A stretch of DNA of 63,995 nt, counting the filler, from Chrysochromulina tobinii (Eukaryota): NCBI GenBank assembly GCA_001275005.1. It is 7 parts of 7 records of this genome, joined end to end, with 100 filler letters (N's around TTAATTAATTAA, not from the genome) between each part and the next. Parts side by side here need not be neighbours in the genome. Positions count along the whole stretch, not along the records: positions 5,941 to 22,185 come from JWZX01000807.1; 6 more parts are not named here. One strand, given 5' to 3'. The number at the start of each line of letters is the position of its first letter. Position 1 is the first letter of the stretch. The translations under genes were made by a program, and so were the position numbers. Below are positions 11,185 through 22,166 of the stretch, in pieces. Below the pieces are notes generated by a model. That model ran no database searches. It saw only the letters and a list, made by a program, of their open reading frames with translations, and was not told the origin of the DNA.

Positions 11185-14100
11185 TTACTCCGAGTCTCGG
11201 AAGAGTCCCGGAAGGCTCAGATTGCTGCCGAGATTGTTTGACGAGGCTGCCCTTCCTAGGAGCGCACGCCGCTGCAGCGCGCCGGTACGACGCGCGATCT
11301 CCCTCACGACCTGGTTGCGCTGATCGACGGTCAGTACCCCCTCCTGCATGGCCCAGTCGATGGCCTCGAGCGCGACGCCGTCAGAGCGTACCGATGAGCG
11401 GGAGAGCATGACCGCCTGGTTGTGATGGCTGATGGTGATCGTCATCGGCTTCTTGAGCCCAAATAAGGGTTCGAGCTCAAACGGCTCACCATCGACCTGC
11501 ATGGAGCATGCGATGAGGGAGGCCATCAGCATGCAATCAGGGAGGCCATCAGCATGCAACGAGGGAGGGTCATCAGCATGTGAGGGAGGCCATCAGCATG
11601 CAATGAGGGAGGCCATCAGCATGCAATGAGGGAGGCTGCGCATGCAACGAGGGAGGCCATCAGCATGCACGAGGGAGGGCCATCAGCATGCAACGAGGGA
11701 GGCCATCAGCATGCATGAGGGAGGCCATCGACCTGCATTGGCAAGCGCGTCGTGCCCTCCTGCGTGATGGTCACTGACGAGGCTTGGCAGAGACGGTGCG
11801 CCGATCCCTTGACAAGCTGTGTGCATGCAGACACATGCAGGCGCAGTCAGGCACACTCAGAGGCAAGCATAGGCAAACAGAGGCAATCAAGAGGCAATCA
11901 AGAGGCAATCAGACATCCTCGCAGAGAATCAGAGGCCATCATAGGCAATCGGAGGCCATCAGAGGCCATCAGAGGCCATCAGAGGCATCAGAGGCCATCA
12001 GAGGCCCAAACATCTTTCATGATAAGGCAATCAAAGGCAATCACCTGCGCGAGCCCAAGCTGCAGCACGCCCTTGATGGCGACCACCTCCAGCAGCCGAT
12101 CGTCCATCGAGGCGCTGACGAACCCTGACGAAACCAGCAGCCGATCGTCCGTCAAATGCCACGACGCGTCGCTGAAGCTCTTCGTGCGAGATCGCATCCC
12201 CCCCGCAGCTCCGCCGGAGCTCCCGCCCGCGAGATCGTTGCGAGATCGCATCCCGCCCGCAGCTCCGCCGGAGCTCCCGCCCACGAGATCGTTGCCGCAA
12301 GCGCTGCCGGTGCTTCCGCTCCGCACGTGCCTCGATGTCGATGCGCCGCCGCCGCCGCCGCCGCTGCCGCCGCTGCTGCCGTTACCCCTGCTGCTGCCGC
12401 TGCTGCTGCTGCTGCACCCAAACGGGTAGACGCCGGAGGCACTCGAAGGGCGCGGCGGCCCGAAGCCAGAGCTCACGGAGCGGCCGCGCACATCCCGTCC
12501 AAAAGCGTCATCAGCATCCGCCGCCGCCGCCGCCGCCGCTGCCGAGACTGCCGCCTCGGCGTACTCGTCGGACTGGTCGGGAGAGTCCATAGAGAGTCTT
12601 CGGTCCGTAAAGTCCATGGAGCTCGGGCGAGACATGGCGCGCGCCGACAAGTTATCCCCCGACCCCCCCATGCGGACACGCGCACCGATGGTGCTGTCTC
12701 GCCCTGCCGAGCACTCCCCTCCATCGCCCCCCTCGGGGGCCAGCTGGTGCGCAGAGGCGGTGCGGGAGGGCATCCGGGACGAGGCCTGAGAGGCACGGCC
12801 GCTCGTGGAGGCTGGGGCGGCGGACGGCGACGGGTGGACTTCCTCGTCGTCATCCCACTCACCTGTGAACGAGGGGGAAGGGGCGCCGTGGTGAGCACTC
12901 GCATGCAAGGCACGGAGGTCTCGTCGTCATCCCACTCACCTCCCCACAGGTCTGTTCCACCTGCATAGGACGCTATGTTGAGCACGATGATGCCCTCTGT
13001 GCCCTCGGGCAGCTCGTACCTGCCCAGAGGTGATCCAAGGCAATCAAGTGTTCCCATTCAATCCGAACCAATGCCATGCAATCCAATGCAATCCAATGCA
13101 ATCCAATGCTCGTACCGCTTCCCATCAGCGATCACCGTCAACTTCTTGCACACATGCTTGAAATCGCGACCATGTAGCAGCTGGCGCGCGCCGTAGCGCA
13201 GGTACATGAGCTTGTTCTTGAGGACGTTTGTGAATTGGTGCGGCTCCGACTGCCAATCAGTGGCAATCAGTGGCAATCAGTGGCAATCAGTGGCAATCAG
13301 TAGCAATCAGTAGCAATCAGTAGCAATCAGGCGCGGCTCCGACTGCCAACGATTGAGCCGTTCGAGACCTCGGTCAATGGTACTCAATGGCACTCAGCCA
13401 GGGCGCTCACTCAGTGGCACTCAGTAGCAATCAGCGGCACTCAGTGGCACTTACCTGCCGACGATTATGCCATTCAAGCGCCACGTTGGCATCCACACCT
13501 GTGGGGGGGGCGCCGTGGTGAGCACTTGCATGCTTGAGGAGCGCCACGTTGGCATCCACACCTACGCCAAGGTAAATCTGCATCGTAACCGTGACTGAAT
13601 CAGTAGCAATCAGTAGCAATCAACGGTTACCTACGCCAAGGTAATTCTGCATGATGATCTTACGAGCGGGTCGACGAGTATCACTCCCGCGCTCGGGACG
13701 ACGCTCGGGAGCCGTGATCAAGCTCTTGGCCACGTGGCTCTTGGCGACGCTCTTGGCGACGCTCTTGGCGAGGCTCTTGGCGACGCTCGGGCGGGGCGGA
13801 GGGACCGTTGCGTCCTCAAAGGCCACCTGATGAGGAACGTCATCCAGAGGCACTCAGAGGCACTCAGAGGCACTCAAGGGCGTGGTACAGTCTTCGAAGG
13901 CCACGTGGTTTAAGGCGAGCCGTTCCCTTTCGTGAGGGTCATCAGTGGTCATCGGAGGGTCATCATTAGTCATCGGAGGTTCATCAGTAGTCCTTAGAGG
14001 TCCTCAGAGGTCCTCAGAGGTCCTCAGAGGTCCTCAGACGTCCTCAGAGGTCCTCAGAGGTCCTCAGAGGTCATCAGCACACCTCCCAACGATCGAGCAG

Positions 14101-14931
14101 TGCCACTTGAGCAGAGTCAACCTCCTCGAGGAGATTGACGAAACTGCGTCCCATACGAGTGCCACCGCCCCATCCGAGCGCACGCGCAAGGTCATTCCCC
14201 GTGCCCAGCGGCAAGATGGCCACGGGCGGCGTGTACTCGAGATGTGCATTGTCCAGGAGGGAGAGCACCCAGCCTACGGTGCCATCGCCCCCACACACTA
14301 AGACGCGGAAGCGGCCGACAGTGCGGAAGGACTGGAGGGCCTGCTCGGCGTGCCCCAGCGACAAGTCCACCACCTGGTGCGCCGAGAGCAGCGCCTTGAG
14401 CTGCACGAGCGTTGCCTCGCCTTGCCGACCACCGCTGCCTCGGTTGATGAAGACGAGCAGCGGCGTGCGATCTCGCGCAACCTCCGCCGAGGGGCGATAG
14501 GTCCATGAGTTCTGCCAGAGCTGCGGCTGCAACGTCGGCGTGCGCAGCTCCGCTATGCTGTGGCGCACGCGCTGCGCGAGCGACGCGGCGCTTCGCAGCC
14601 GGAGCTTCTCCGAAGCGGCTTCGGCGCCCTTGGCTGGGGGGCTCGTGGGTGGCGTCGCCTCGCCAAAGTCGAGCAGCTGCTCGGGAAGGATGAGCCGCCA
14701 GAGGCGGGCGCGCGCCTCTTCCAGCTGCCGTGGATCAAGGTCGGGCGGCGTCGCTTGCGCGTGCATGATCGAGATGAGGTAAATCAGCGCGAGCGTGGCC
14801 GTGAGGAGTGCGATTGTCATGAGTGGCGGTGGGTCCGAGATCACCACCGGCTCGGGCTGTCGCGGCCAGGCAGCCAGGTCGGCGTGTGCAAATGGAGGGC
14901 CCACCATGCCGCCGTCCGCGAGTTCGTCCAT
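11185..14931 (-). CDS. DGK: Diacylglycerol kinase, 8 exons, ~838 aa (14931-14083, 13826-13631, 13498-13455, 13249-13116, 13019-12940, 12862-12045, 11816-11733, 11496-11185)
   Basis: Motifs PLLVFINRGSGG, GGDGTVGWVL, LPLGTGNDLAR, MQNYLGVGVDA, LNIASYAGG, DDRLLEVV and PMQVDGEP; all GT-AG introns, and phases join into one frame. Confidence 0.92.
12863..12910 (-). repeat. Shared intron 3' module TGCATGC..GCTCACCACGGCGCC-Y-rich-CACAG (representative copy, DGK)
   Basis: Other copies end at acceptors 13499, 18472, 19633, 19713, 20564, 20637, 22057 (ends AAG), 31507 and 31970. Confidence 0.9.
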
Positions 14932-15156
14932 GATGCGTGTGCAAAGCCGCCCACGCGCCGCACCAGGGACCCCCCTGGAACGCGGGACGGAGAGGAAGTT
15001 GACGGGAACACGGAAGGGCGACTTTACATGAACAGAGAGAATCATCACTCTCGAATCACGTTGCAGATGGGGATGTCTGTCTAAGAGACGGTTTCTCCTC
15101 CCGAAACCGTCCTTCCCTGCAACTGCCTTGCAACCCCAACGTCTTCGTGTAACGCC

Positions 15157-16596
15157 ATGCTAACGAGGCCAGCCTTCCTCGCGCCGCTCAACGTACCAGC
15201 CATCGCCGACGCGTGCGAGACAGTGGCATTGCCAACTCACGGGTCGCGTCGGTCACGCTCTCGGCGCCAGCGCTCCAACAAGGACAACCGAGGAAGAAGC
15301 CCGTCTTCCAAGAGCGTCAAGAGTCCGTGCGCATCTCCGCAGCAGCTCATGAGCCCCGGAAGCCCCACGCCCAAAAGCCCGTCTGCCAAGAGCGTCAAGA
15401 GTCCTTGCACTGGCGCATTTCCGCAGCAGATCATGAGCTCCGGAAGTCCCACGCCCAAGTTCACCGCTAGCAACATTGGCGTACGTCTGGTGGGTGCCGA
15501 GGCGGCCTCCCTCCACACGCATGCTGCTGCCCTCGAGCGCAAGGCGGCGCGTCTCCAGCAGCGGTCCGACCAGATGGCATCGCCAGCTCGCCCGACGGTG
15601 CACGAGCTCGTCAACGAATGGCAGCGTCTGAAGCAGCGGTCGGACGAAATGATGGTCATGCATGAGCACTTGGGCACTTGGATCTCGTCGATCTCGTCGG
15701 TCCAGTCACTTCGGACCAGGGGGGATTACTCTCTCCAGCCGCATGCCGATGCACGTGAGCTGCCCCCTACGGCAGTTGAGGAAGAGCCCGAGAGTGCCGA
15801 GGCAGAGGATGCCGACGATGAGGAGTCCGCCGTGCAGATGCATCTCACGCTGACCATCCCAAACGAATGCTCAGCGCAGGATGCCGACGATGCAGGGGCA
15901 GGGCCGCGCCGCCAGTGGCAGCCGCCCAGCTGCCCGCACGCTGCCCCCAAATCCGCTCGCCGCGGTAGCCCTGCGAAGGCCGGTGAGGATGAGCGCCGTG
16001 CCGAGCGTCGTGCAGAGCGTCGTGACGAGCATCGTGACGAACCCCGAAACGAAGCCAAGGATGAGCGCCGTGACGAGCGCTATGGCGCCCACTCGCAGCT
16101 CCTTGCGCTCCAACGTCAACTGATCCGCCGTGTCGATGCCCTGGAGGGGCGCTTTTGCACCGCCCCCTGGACGCCACCCCTCGCAGCCGCCTCACCGGCA
16201 CCGGCTGCCCTAGCAGATGCCTCACCGACCGGCGCGATGGGGATGCTCACCCCCTCGTACGGCGATGGTGCCAGCTTTGGCGTCAGCGTCGAGAGCTCGC
16301 TCGATCTGACTCCGGGTGCCCGGGACGGCGCCCATGATCGCGCCCAGGACGGCGTCGAGAGCTCGCTCGATCTGACTCCGGTGGCGCACGGGACGGCGCC
16401 CGGGACGGCGCCCAGGACGGCGCCGCGCACGGTTGCTGGGCGGCAGGAGCGAATCCGACGCGCATGCAAGCTCGAGGGGATCTCGTGCGCGAAGTGGATC
16501 TCGAGAGCGATCACGCTCAGATTCGATCTCGAGGCAGCGCTGCTAAACGCGCCCATCATGGCGCCTGCTTGCACGCTCGAGCGCGGCGTGCTGTAA
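15157..16596 (+). CDS. Hypothetical low-complexity/coiled-coil protein with internal duplications
   Basis: 479-aa ORF; SPSxKSVKSPC twice and VESSLDLTP twice. Confidence 0.6.
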   Translation: MLTRPAFLAPLNVPAIADACETVALPTHGSRRSRSRRQRSNKDNRGRSPSSKSVKSPCASPQQLMSPGSPTPKSPSAKSVKSPCTGAFPQQIMSSGSPTPKFTASNIGVRLVGAEAASLHTHAAALERKAARLQQRSDQMASPARPTVHELVNEWQRLKQRSDEMMVMHEHLGTWISSISSVQSLRTRGDYSLQPHADARELPPTAVEEEPESAEAEDADDEESAVQMHLTLTIPNECSAQDADDAGAGPRRQWQPPSCPHAAPKSARRGSPAKAGEDERRAERRAERRDEHRDEPRNEAKDERRDERYGAHSQLLALQRQLIRRVDALEGRFCTAPWTPPLAAASPAPAALADASPTGAMGMLTPSYGDGASFGVSVESSLDLTPGARDGAHDRAQDGVESSLDLTPVAHGTAPGTAPRTAPRTVAGRQERIRRACKLEGISCAKWISRAITLRFDLEAALLNAPIMAPACTLERGVL

Positions 16597-17159
16597 TCAC
16601 GCTGTGTGGCGCGTGTGACCTGAGAATGACCTGAGATATTGACTCACGGTGTGCGACGCCGACACGGAGTTTGGAGTTTCTGTCGCCATCGGAAACGGGT
16701 ACATCTAGATCTACGATCTAGTCGGCTGTGGTGGAAACGCCGACCTATACGTCCATGCTATACGAATACGTCCTACCGACAACCGAGGCGCCCGCGGGCG
16801 CGGCCGGCGAGCGGCGTCCGGTCTCTAGTACCGTCTACTGTTAACGTCTACTGTACACCGATCACCGTGTACCTGTACGTCGCCGACGACGTACGGGACG
16901 ACCAGGACCACGAGCGCCTTGCGCGCAGCTCGCACCTCTACTTTTGTAAACGATTTAAGGCGGAGGGATCATCAGCGCACAGCGGTACGTTCACAGTGTC
17001 TATGACTCGCGCGTCTTCGTAACGTCTTCGCTTGACTATATGTGAGTATGATTCTCGGTGAACATCTTCGAGCATGCTTTGTACTGGTGCAGCGGGGCGC
17101 GCGTGCACACGACATCAGCTGTAAACTCGTGCGGCACGCCGGAACATATTATGATCGGA

Positions 17160-20100
17160 TTACATTGAATTCAGGAGGACGATGACCACAACTACCACGA
17201 GAACTACGCAGCACACGCCGCAGCACATGGCATACTTCTTGAAGAAGAAGAATGGGTTGAACAGATTGAAGTCGATGCCCAGCCCGTCGAAGAACGAGGG
17301 GCGCACCGGGTTCGGAAGGAACGGGTGTTGGTTTGGCGGGTCACGTCCCTGGCCCACAGGGCGCTGGATCGCCTCGTATCTCGGGATGAGCTCGATCGTG
17401 AGGCGCACCGTGCCCTGATTGCCCATGTAATTCGGGTGCGTCGTCTGCACGAGCACGTTCTCCCTCTTCACACCGCCGCCGCGCCGCAGCGCCAGTTCAC
17501 AGATGGTCTTGAGCGTCAGTTGCGCCTCGCCGATGGCGTCGTTGGACGAGAGGATGTCGGCGTCCCAGAGCTGTATGAAGAGCCTCGGCGACTTTTCGGG
17601 CAGTGCCATCGGCCAAACCATCCGCCAAAAGAACTCCGCATCTGATGAGGGAGGTCATCAAGAGGCCATCAAGAGGTGATCCAGAGGCAATCAAGAGGCG
17701 ATCAAGAGGCGATCAAGAGGCGATCAAGAGGCAATCAAGAGGCGATCCAGAGGCAATCAAGAGGCGATCAAGGCAGCACGAACCGCCAGGCGATCGGTGG
17801 TGCACGTCCGTCCTGAGCATCGAATAGGGCTGGTGGCCGTGCGGTGTGATGGCTACGAAGACGTCCGACGTGCCACCGCCGCCGAAGAAGGACTCGTCCC
17901 GCGCTTGGACGTCGATCGCATCCCACACGATGACACGCAGCTCGAACATGTCGGTGGTCGGTGGCTCGATCGGGACCATCGGCTGGGCGATCGCGTACCT
18001 GATGAGAGAGGCACTCAAAGCTGATGAGTGAGGCACACAGAGCTGATGAGGGAGGCAATCAGAGCTCATCGGCTGGGCGATCGCCTACTTCTTCTCCAGG
18101 ATCTCAATCTTGCACACGATGAAGCCCTGGAAGAGGGGCAGAGGGGCATGCGCAGGGGGGGTGAGTGGCAATCAAGAGCAATCCATCGACGGAGTGGCAA
18201 TCAATAGTAATCAATAGCAATCCAGAGCAATCAAGAGCAATCCATCGACTGAGTGGCATGGACCGGGGGGCTCAGCGGCCACCAAGAGCAACCACGTGGC
18301 ACTCCATCTCACCTGCGCGTTCGTATTGCCAGGGTTGGTGAGCGGCCGCATCTCCTTCGGCAGCGCGTCGTTCTGCTGCTTGGTCTTCCACGTCTCAGAA
18401 AAGTAGCGGTCCTCGAGGTCGATGACCGTCTTGCCCAGCAGCGATTCGCTCAGCAGCTGGTAGTCCCATACCTGTGGGGGCGGGCGCCGTGGTGAGCGCG
18501 TGCATGCTGGGGGCTGGGATCGAATCCCTCCTCGGAATCACACACCTCGAGATGTAGCCGAGATTGGGTCATCAGAGGTCATCAGAGGTCATCAGCACAC
18601 CTCGAGATGTAGCCGAGATTGGCCGGGCAGGATCGCCGACAGCTCGAAGGATTGGTAGAAATCGGGCTCGAGCGAGGGCGGCAGCGCAATGTCGCGCGTG
18701 GTGCGCTCCTGACCCTCGACGTTGTAGACCTTTAGGAAGGGCTCGGGCTCTTTTCCACCCGCCCTCGGGGCGAGTGACGTGGCGCCATACACATGCACGC
18801 GCACGCGGCACGGCTTCTCGGCGAAGAGCTTACGCAGGTTGGCCGGAGGGTCCTCTTTGAGAAAGAGCTTGAGCTCCTCATCCCCCTCATACCTGATGAG
18901 GGAAGCCATCAGAGCTGATGAGGGAGGCCATCAGAGCTGATGAGGGAGGCCATCAGAGCTGATGAGGGAGGCCATCAGAGGTCATCAGAGGCAATCAGAG
19001 CTTGAGCTCCTCATCCCCCTCATACCTGATGAGGGAGGCCATCAGAGCTGATGAGGGAGGCCATCAGAGGCAATCAGAGCTTGAGCTCCTCATCCCCCTC
19101 ATACCTGATGAGGGAGGCCATCAGAGGTCATCCGAGGCCATCCGAGGCCATCCGAGGCAATCAGAGGCCATCCGAGGTCATCCGAGGTCATCCGAGGTCA
19201 TCAGCAGTCATCCGAGGTCATCCGAGGTCATCCGAGGTCATCCGAGGTTATCCGAGGTCGTCCGAGGTCATCAGCAGCGCTCGTACTTGATGACGCGCAG
19301 CTTCATCTTGAGCAGCCCCTGGGAGCGCGCAGGCCTCCCGAATTTGATCGGGAATAAGTCGCGCGCAGTCTGCAGCCCCTTGGCGAGAAGGTTCTGCTTA
19401 TACGAGGACGTGGTCGACTCGGGTGCTTTCATCGAGAGAGGGAACAATTGGAAGGGCAGATCATCTTCGAGAAGCTTCTCCATAGGATAGGGCAAGATCT
19501 CCTCCTCTGCCGCACGCGCTTCTTCGTCCTCCTCCTCTTCGCCCCCACCCTCGTCCGGTCCATCGCCTGGCGCCGGCGCGGCGGCCGCGCCCTCCTGCAG
19601 CTCCGGCATCTCGATCGTGCGTGGCCCCAAACCTGTGGGGAGAGGGAGCGCCGTGGTGAGCATCCATTGCATGCGTGCAGCTCCGGCATCTCGATCGTGC
19701 GTGGCCCCAAACCTGTGGGGAGAGGGAGCGCCGTGGTGAGCATCAGTTGCATGCGTACCTGGCACCGGCGCGACATTCTTTCCCGCCGAGACACTGAGCG
19801 CCTTTGAGCCGTTGGTGGCGCGCGCGACCGACGAGAGGAAGAGCTCATCAAGCTTCTCCTGCGTGGACAGAGGCGGAATGCGAGCACTCAGTGGCTGAAT
19901 GCGAGCACTTAGTGGCCATCAGAGGCCATCAGCGGCCCTCAGCGGCCCTCAGAGGCCATCAGAGGCCATCAGAGGCCATCAGAGGCCATCAGAGGCCATC
20001 AGAGGCCATCAGAGGCCATCAGAGGCCATCAGAGGCCATCAGAGGTCATCAAAGGCGCTCCCTACCTCGTTAGGCGACTTGACGATTTGGAAATGGCCAC

Positions 20101-22166
20101 CCTGCACCTTCTCCTTTTTGATCTTCTCGTCCCGCTCCTTCTCCTTCTTCTGCGCCTCCTCCTCCGCCTCCTTCATCTTGCGAGCCTTGGCCTCTTTGAT
20201 CTTCGCCTGCTCTTCGGGCATGTGCTCGAGCAGGTTGATGGCCGTGATGCCCATCACCGGATCCCAGTCATCGCCCACAAACGGGATGATCTTGCCTGAT
20301 GGCAAGGGCAATCAATGGCAATCAATGGCGATCACGAGCTTGCCTGCTTCGCGCACGCGTACGCCCATCCACCCTGATGGCAATGGCCATCAATGGCAAT
20401 CAATGGCCATCAATGGCCATCAATGGCCATCAATGGCCATCAATGGCGAGCGCAAGCTTGCCTGCTTCGCGCACGCGTACGCCCATCCACGGTGTGTAGA
20501 GCTGCGGCTGCGTCGGCAGTAAGACCTTAAAGTATCGGGTCTCGAGGATGTTGATGTCCGTACCTGTGGGGAGAGGGCGCCGTGGTGAGCACTTGCATGC
20601 AAGGCCTCCGGGTCTCGAGGATGTTGATGTCCGTACCTGTGGGGAGAGGGCGCCGTGGTGAGCACTTGCATGCAAGGCCTCCGGGTCTCGAGGATGTTGA
20701 TGTCCGTACCCGTCCGAAGTTGCGTCCCCGTGATGGACGAGCCGTGGTCGGGGATGCGCCATTCACGCTCCTCGGCTTGCTCATCGCCGTACTCAAACTC
20801 AACGTATCTGATGAGGGGGGCAATCAATGATGTCATCAGCGGCCATCAGTGGCCATCAGTGGCCATCCGAGGCCATCAGAAGCCCATAGAACGTACGGCG
20901 AAGTGAGGAAGCAATCAGAAGCAATCAGAAGCAATCAGAAGCCATCCGATGCCATCAGAAGCCAATAGAACGTACGGCGAAGTGAGGAAGCAATCAGAAG
21001 CAATCAGAAGCCATCCGAAGCCCATAGAACGTACGGTGAAGTGAGGAAGACGGGAGCCCCGAGGACCTCTCGCGGTGCAATCACGGGGTAATCACGGGGT
21101 AATCACGGGGTAATCTCGTACGGCGAAGTGAGGAAGACGGGAGCCCCGAGGACCTCTCGCGGTGGCACGTCGCGACAGCCAACCAGCTGCACCTCGATCA
21201 CGTACGGCCGCATCTCGGGCCGCAGATAGCCCAGTGCACTCACGCCCTCCGTCAGATGGTACTTCGAGAGCTTCGCCGCCTGAGAGCCGCATGCACACAG
21301 TGGCACTCAGTGGGCACTCAGAGGGCACTCAGAGGGCACTCAGCGGGCACTCAGCGGGCACTCAGCGGGCACTCAGAGAGCACTCAGAGAGCACTCAGAG
21401 GGCACTCAGAGGGCACTCAGTGGCACTCAGTGGGGCAATTAGAGACGCAATCAGCGCTCCTCACCTGGGAGGAGAGGTCGACGATGGCAGCACTCTTCGT
21501 GCCATCCGGTGCGTCAAGGCTCTTGGGTGGCTGGTAAGCCCGCAGCTCGAAGGAGCAGAGAAGGAACCCGACGGGGGTCGGGTCATCATCCCCGCCAGCA
21601 TCGAAGTCGAGCTCGGCAAACTTGGGATCGTACAACGGCATCCATGTGGGCTCTCCCGCGCTCCTGATGAGGGGGGGGCAATCAGATCTCATCAGAGGTC
21701 ATCATCAGATGCAATCAACGGCATCCATGCGGGCTCTCCCGCGCTCCTGCTGTAGAAGACCGACACGTACTTAGTGTACGGCCATCAGACGCAATCAGGC
21801 GCAATCAGGCGCAATCAGGCGCAATCAGACGCAATCAGACGCAATCAGACGCAATCCGTCGCCATCAGCAGCGCAAGTACTTGTTGTAGAAGACCGACAC
21901 GTTTTTGGTGTACGGGCCGCTCGGGGCTAATGTACGCCCCATGACAGTGTCACTTGGAGCGAGGTCCTGAAGCGCAGAGAGGCCAAAAGCGGCGCCCGCG
22001 TCGTAGACGCAGACCGAGACCTTTGAGGCGAACGTGAGCTCGCCCGGGAGATGCACCTTGAGGGAGGGGAGGGGGGGTGGCGCCGTGATGAGCACATGCA
22101 TGCTGGGAGATACACCTTGAGGGCGAGCTCCCCGGGAGATACACCTTGAGGGCGAGCTGCTGGTAC
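17160..22166 (-). CDS. Ferlin-family multi-C2-domain tail-anchored protein, 3' part, at least 14 exons, 5' end truncated
   Basis: Motifs LGKTVIDLEDRYFS, FELRVIVWD, TDVHHRS..FFWRMVWP, IQLWDADILSSNDAIGE, GQGRDPPN..LPNPVRP and a C-terminal TM helix. Introns 17642-17783, 17999-18088, 18127-18312, 18472-18600, 18893-19286, 19633-19758, 19859-20065, 20296-20461 (GC-AG), 20564-20709, 20808-21121, 21280-21464, 21664-21880 and 22057-22144 give a consistent frame. Confidence 0.88.
20564..20709 (-). repeat. Intron made of two identical 73-nt units (28-nt downstream-exon copy plus 45-nt 3' module)
   Basis: Exact tandem repeat; removing it restores ...LRTG|TDINILETRYF... Confidence 0.9.

Noticed and set aside
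16700..17030. CGTAC/CTAC-rich stretch between convergent genes
   Set aside because: No periodicity, second copy or coding signal that I could support.
18893..20065. ORFs such as SEAIRGHQRP repeats
   Set aside because: Antisense translations of intronic decamer arrays.
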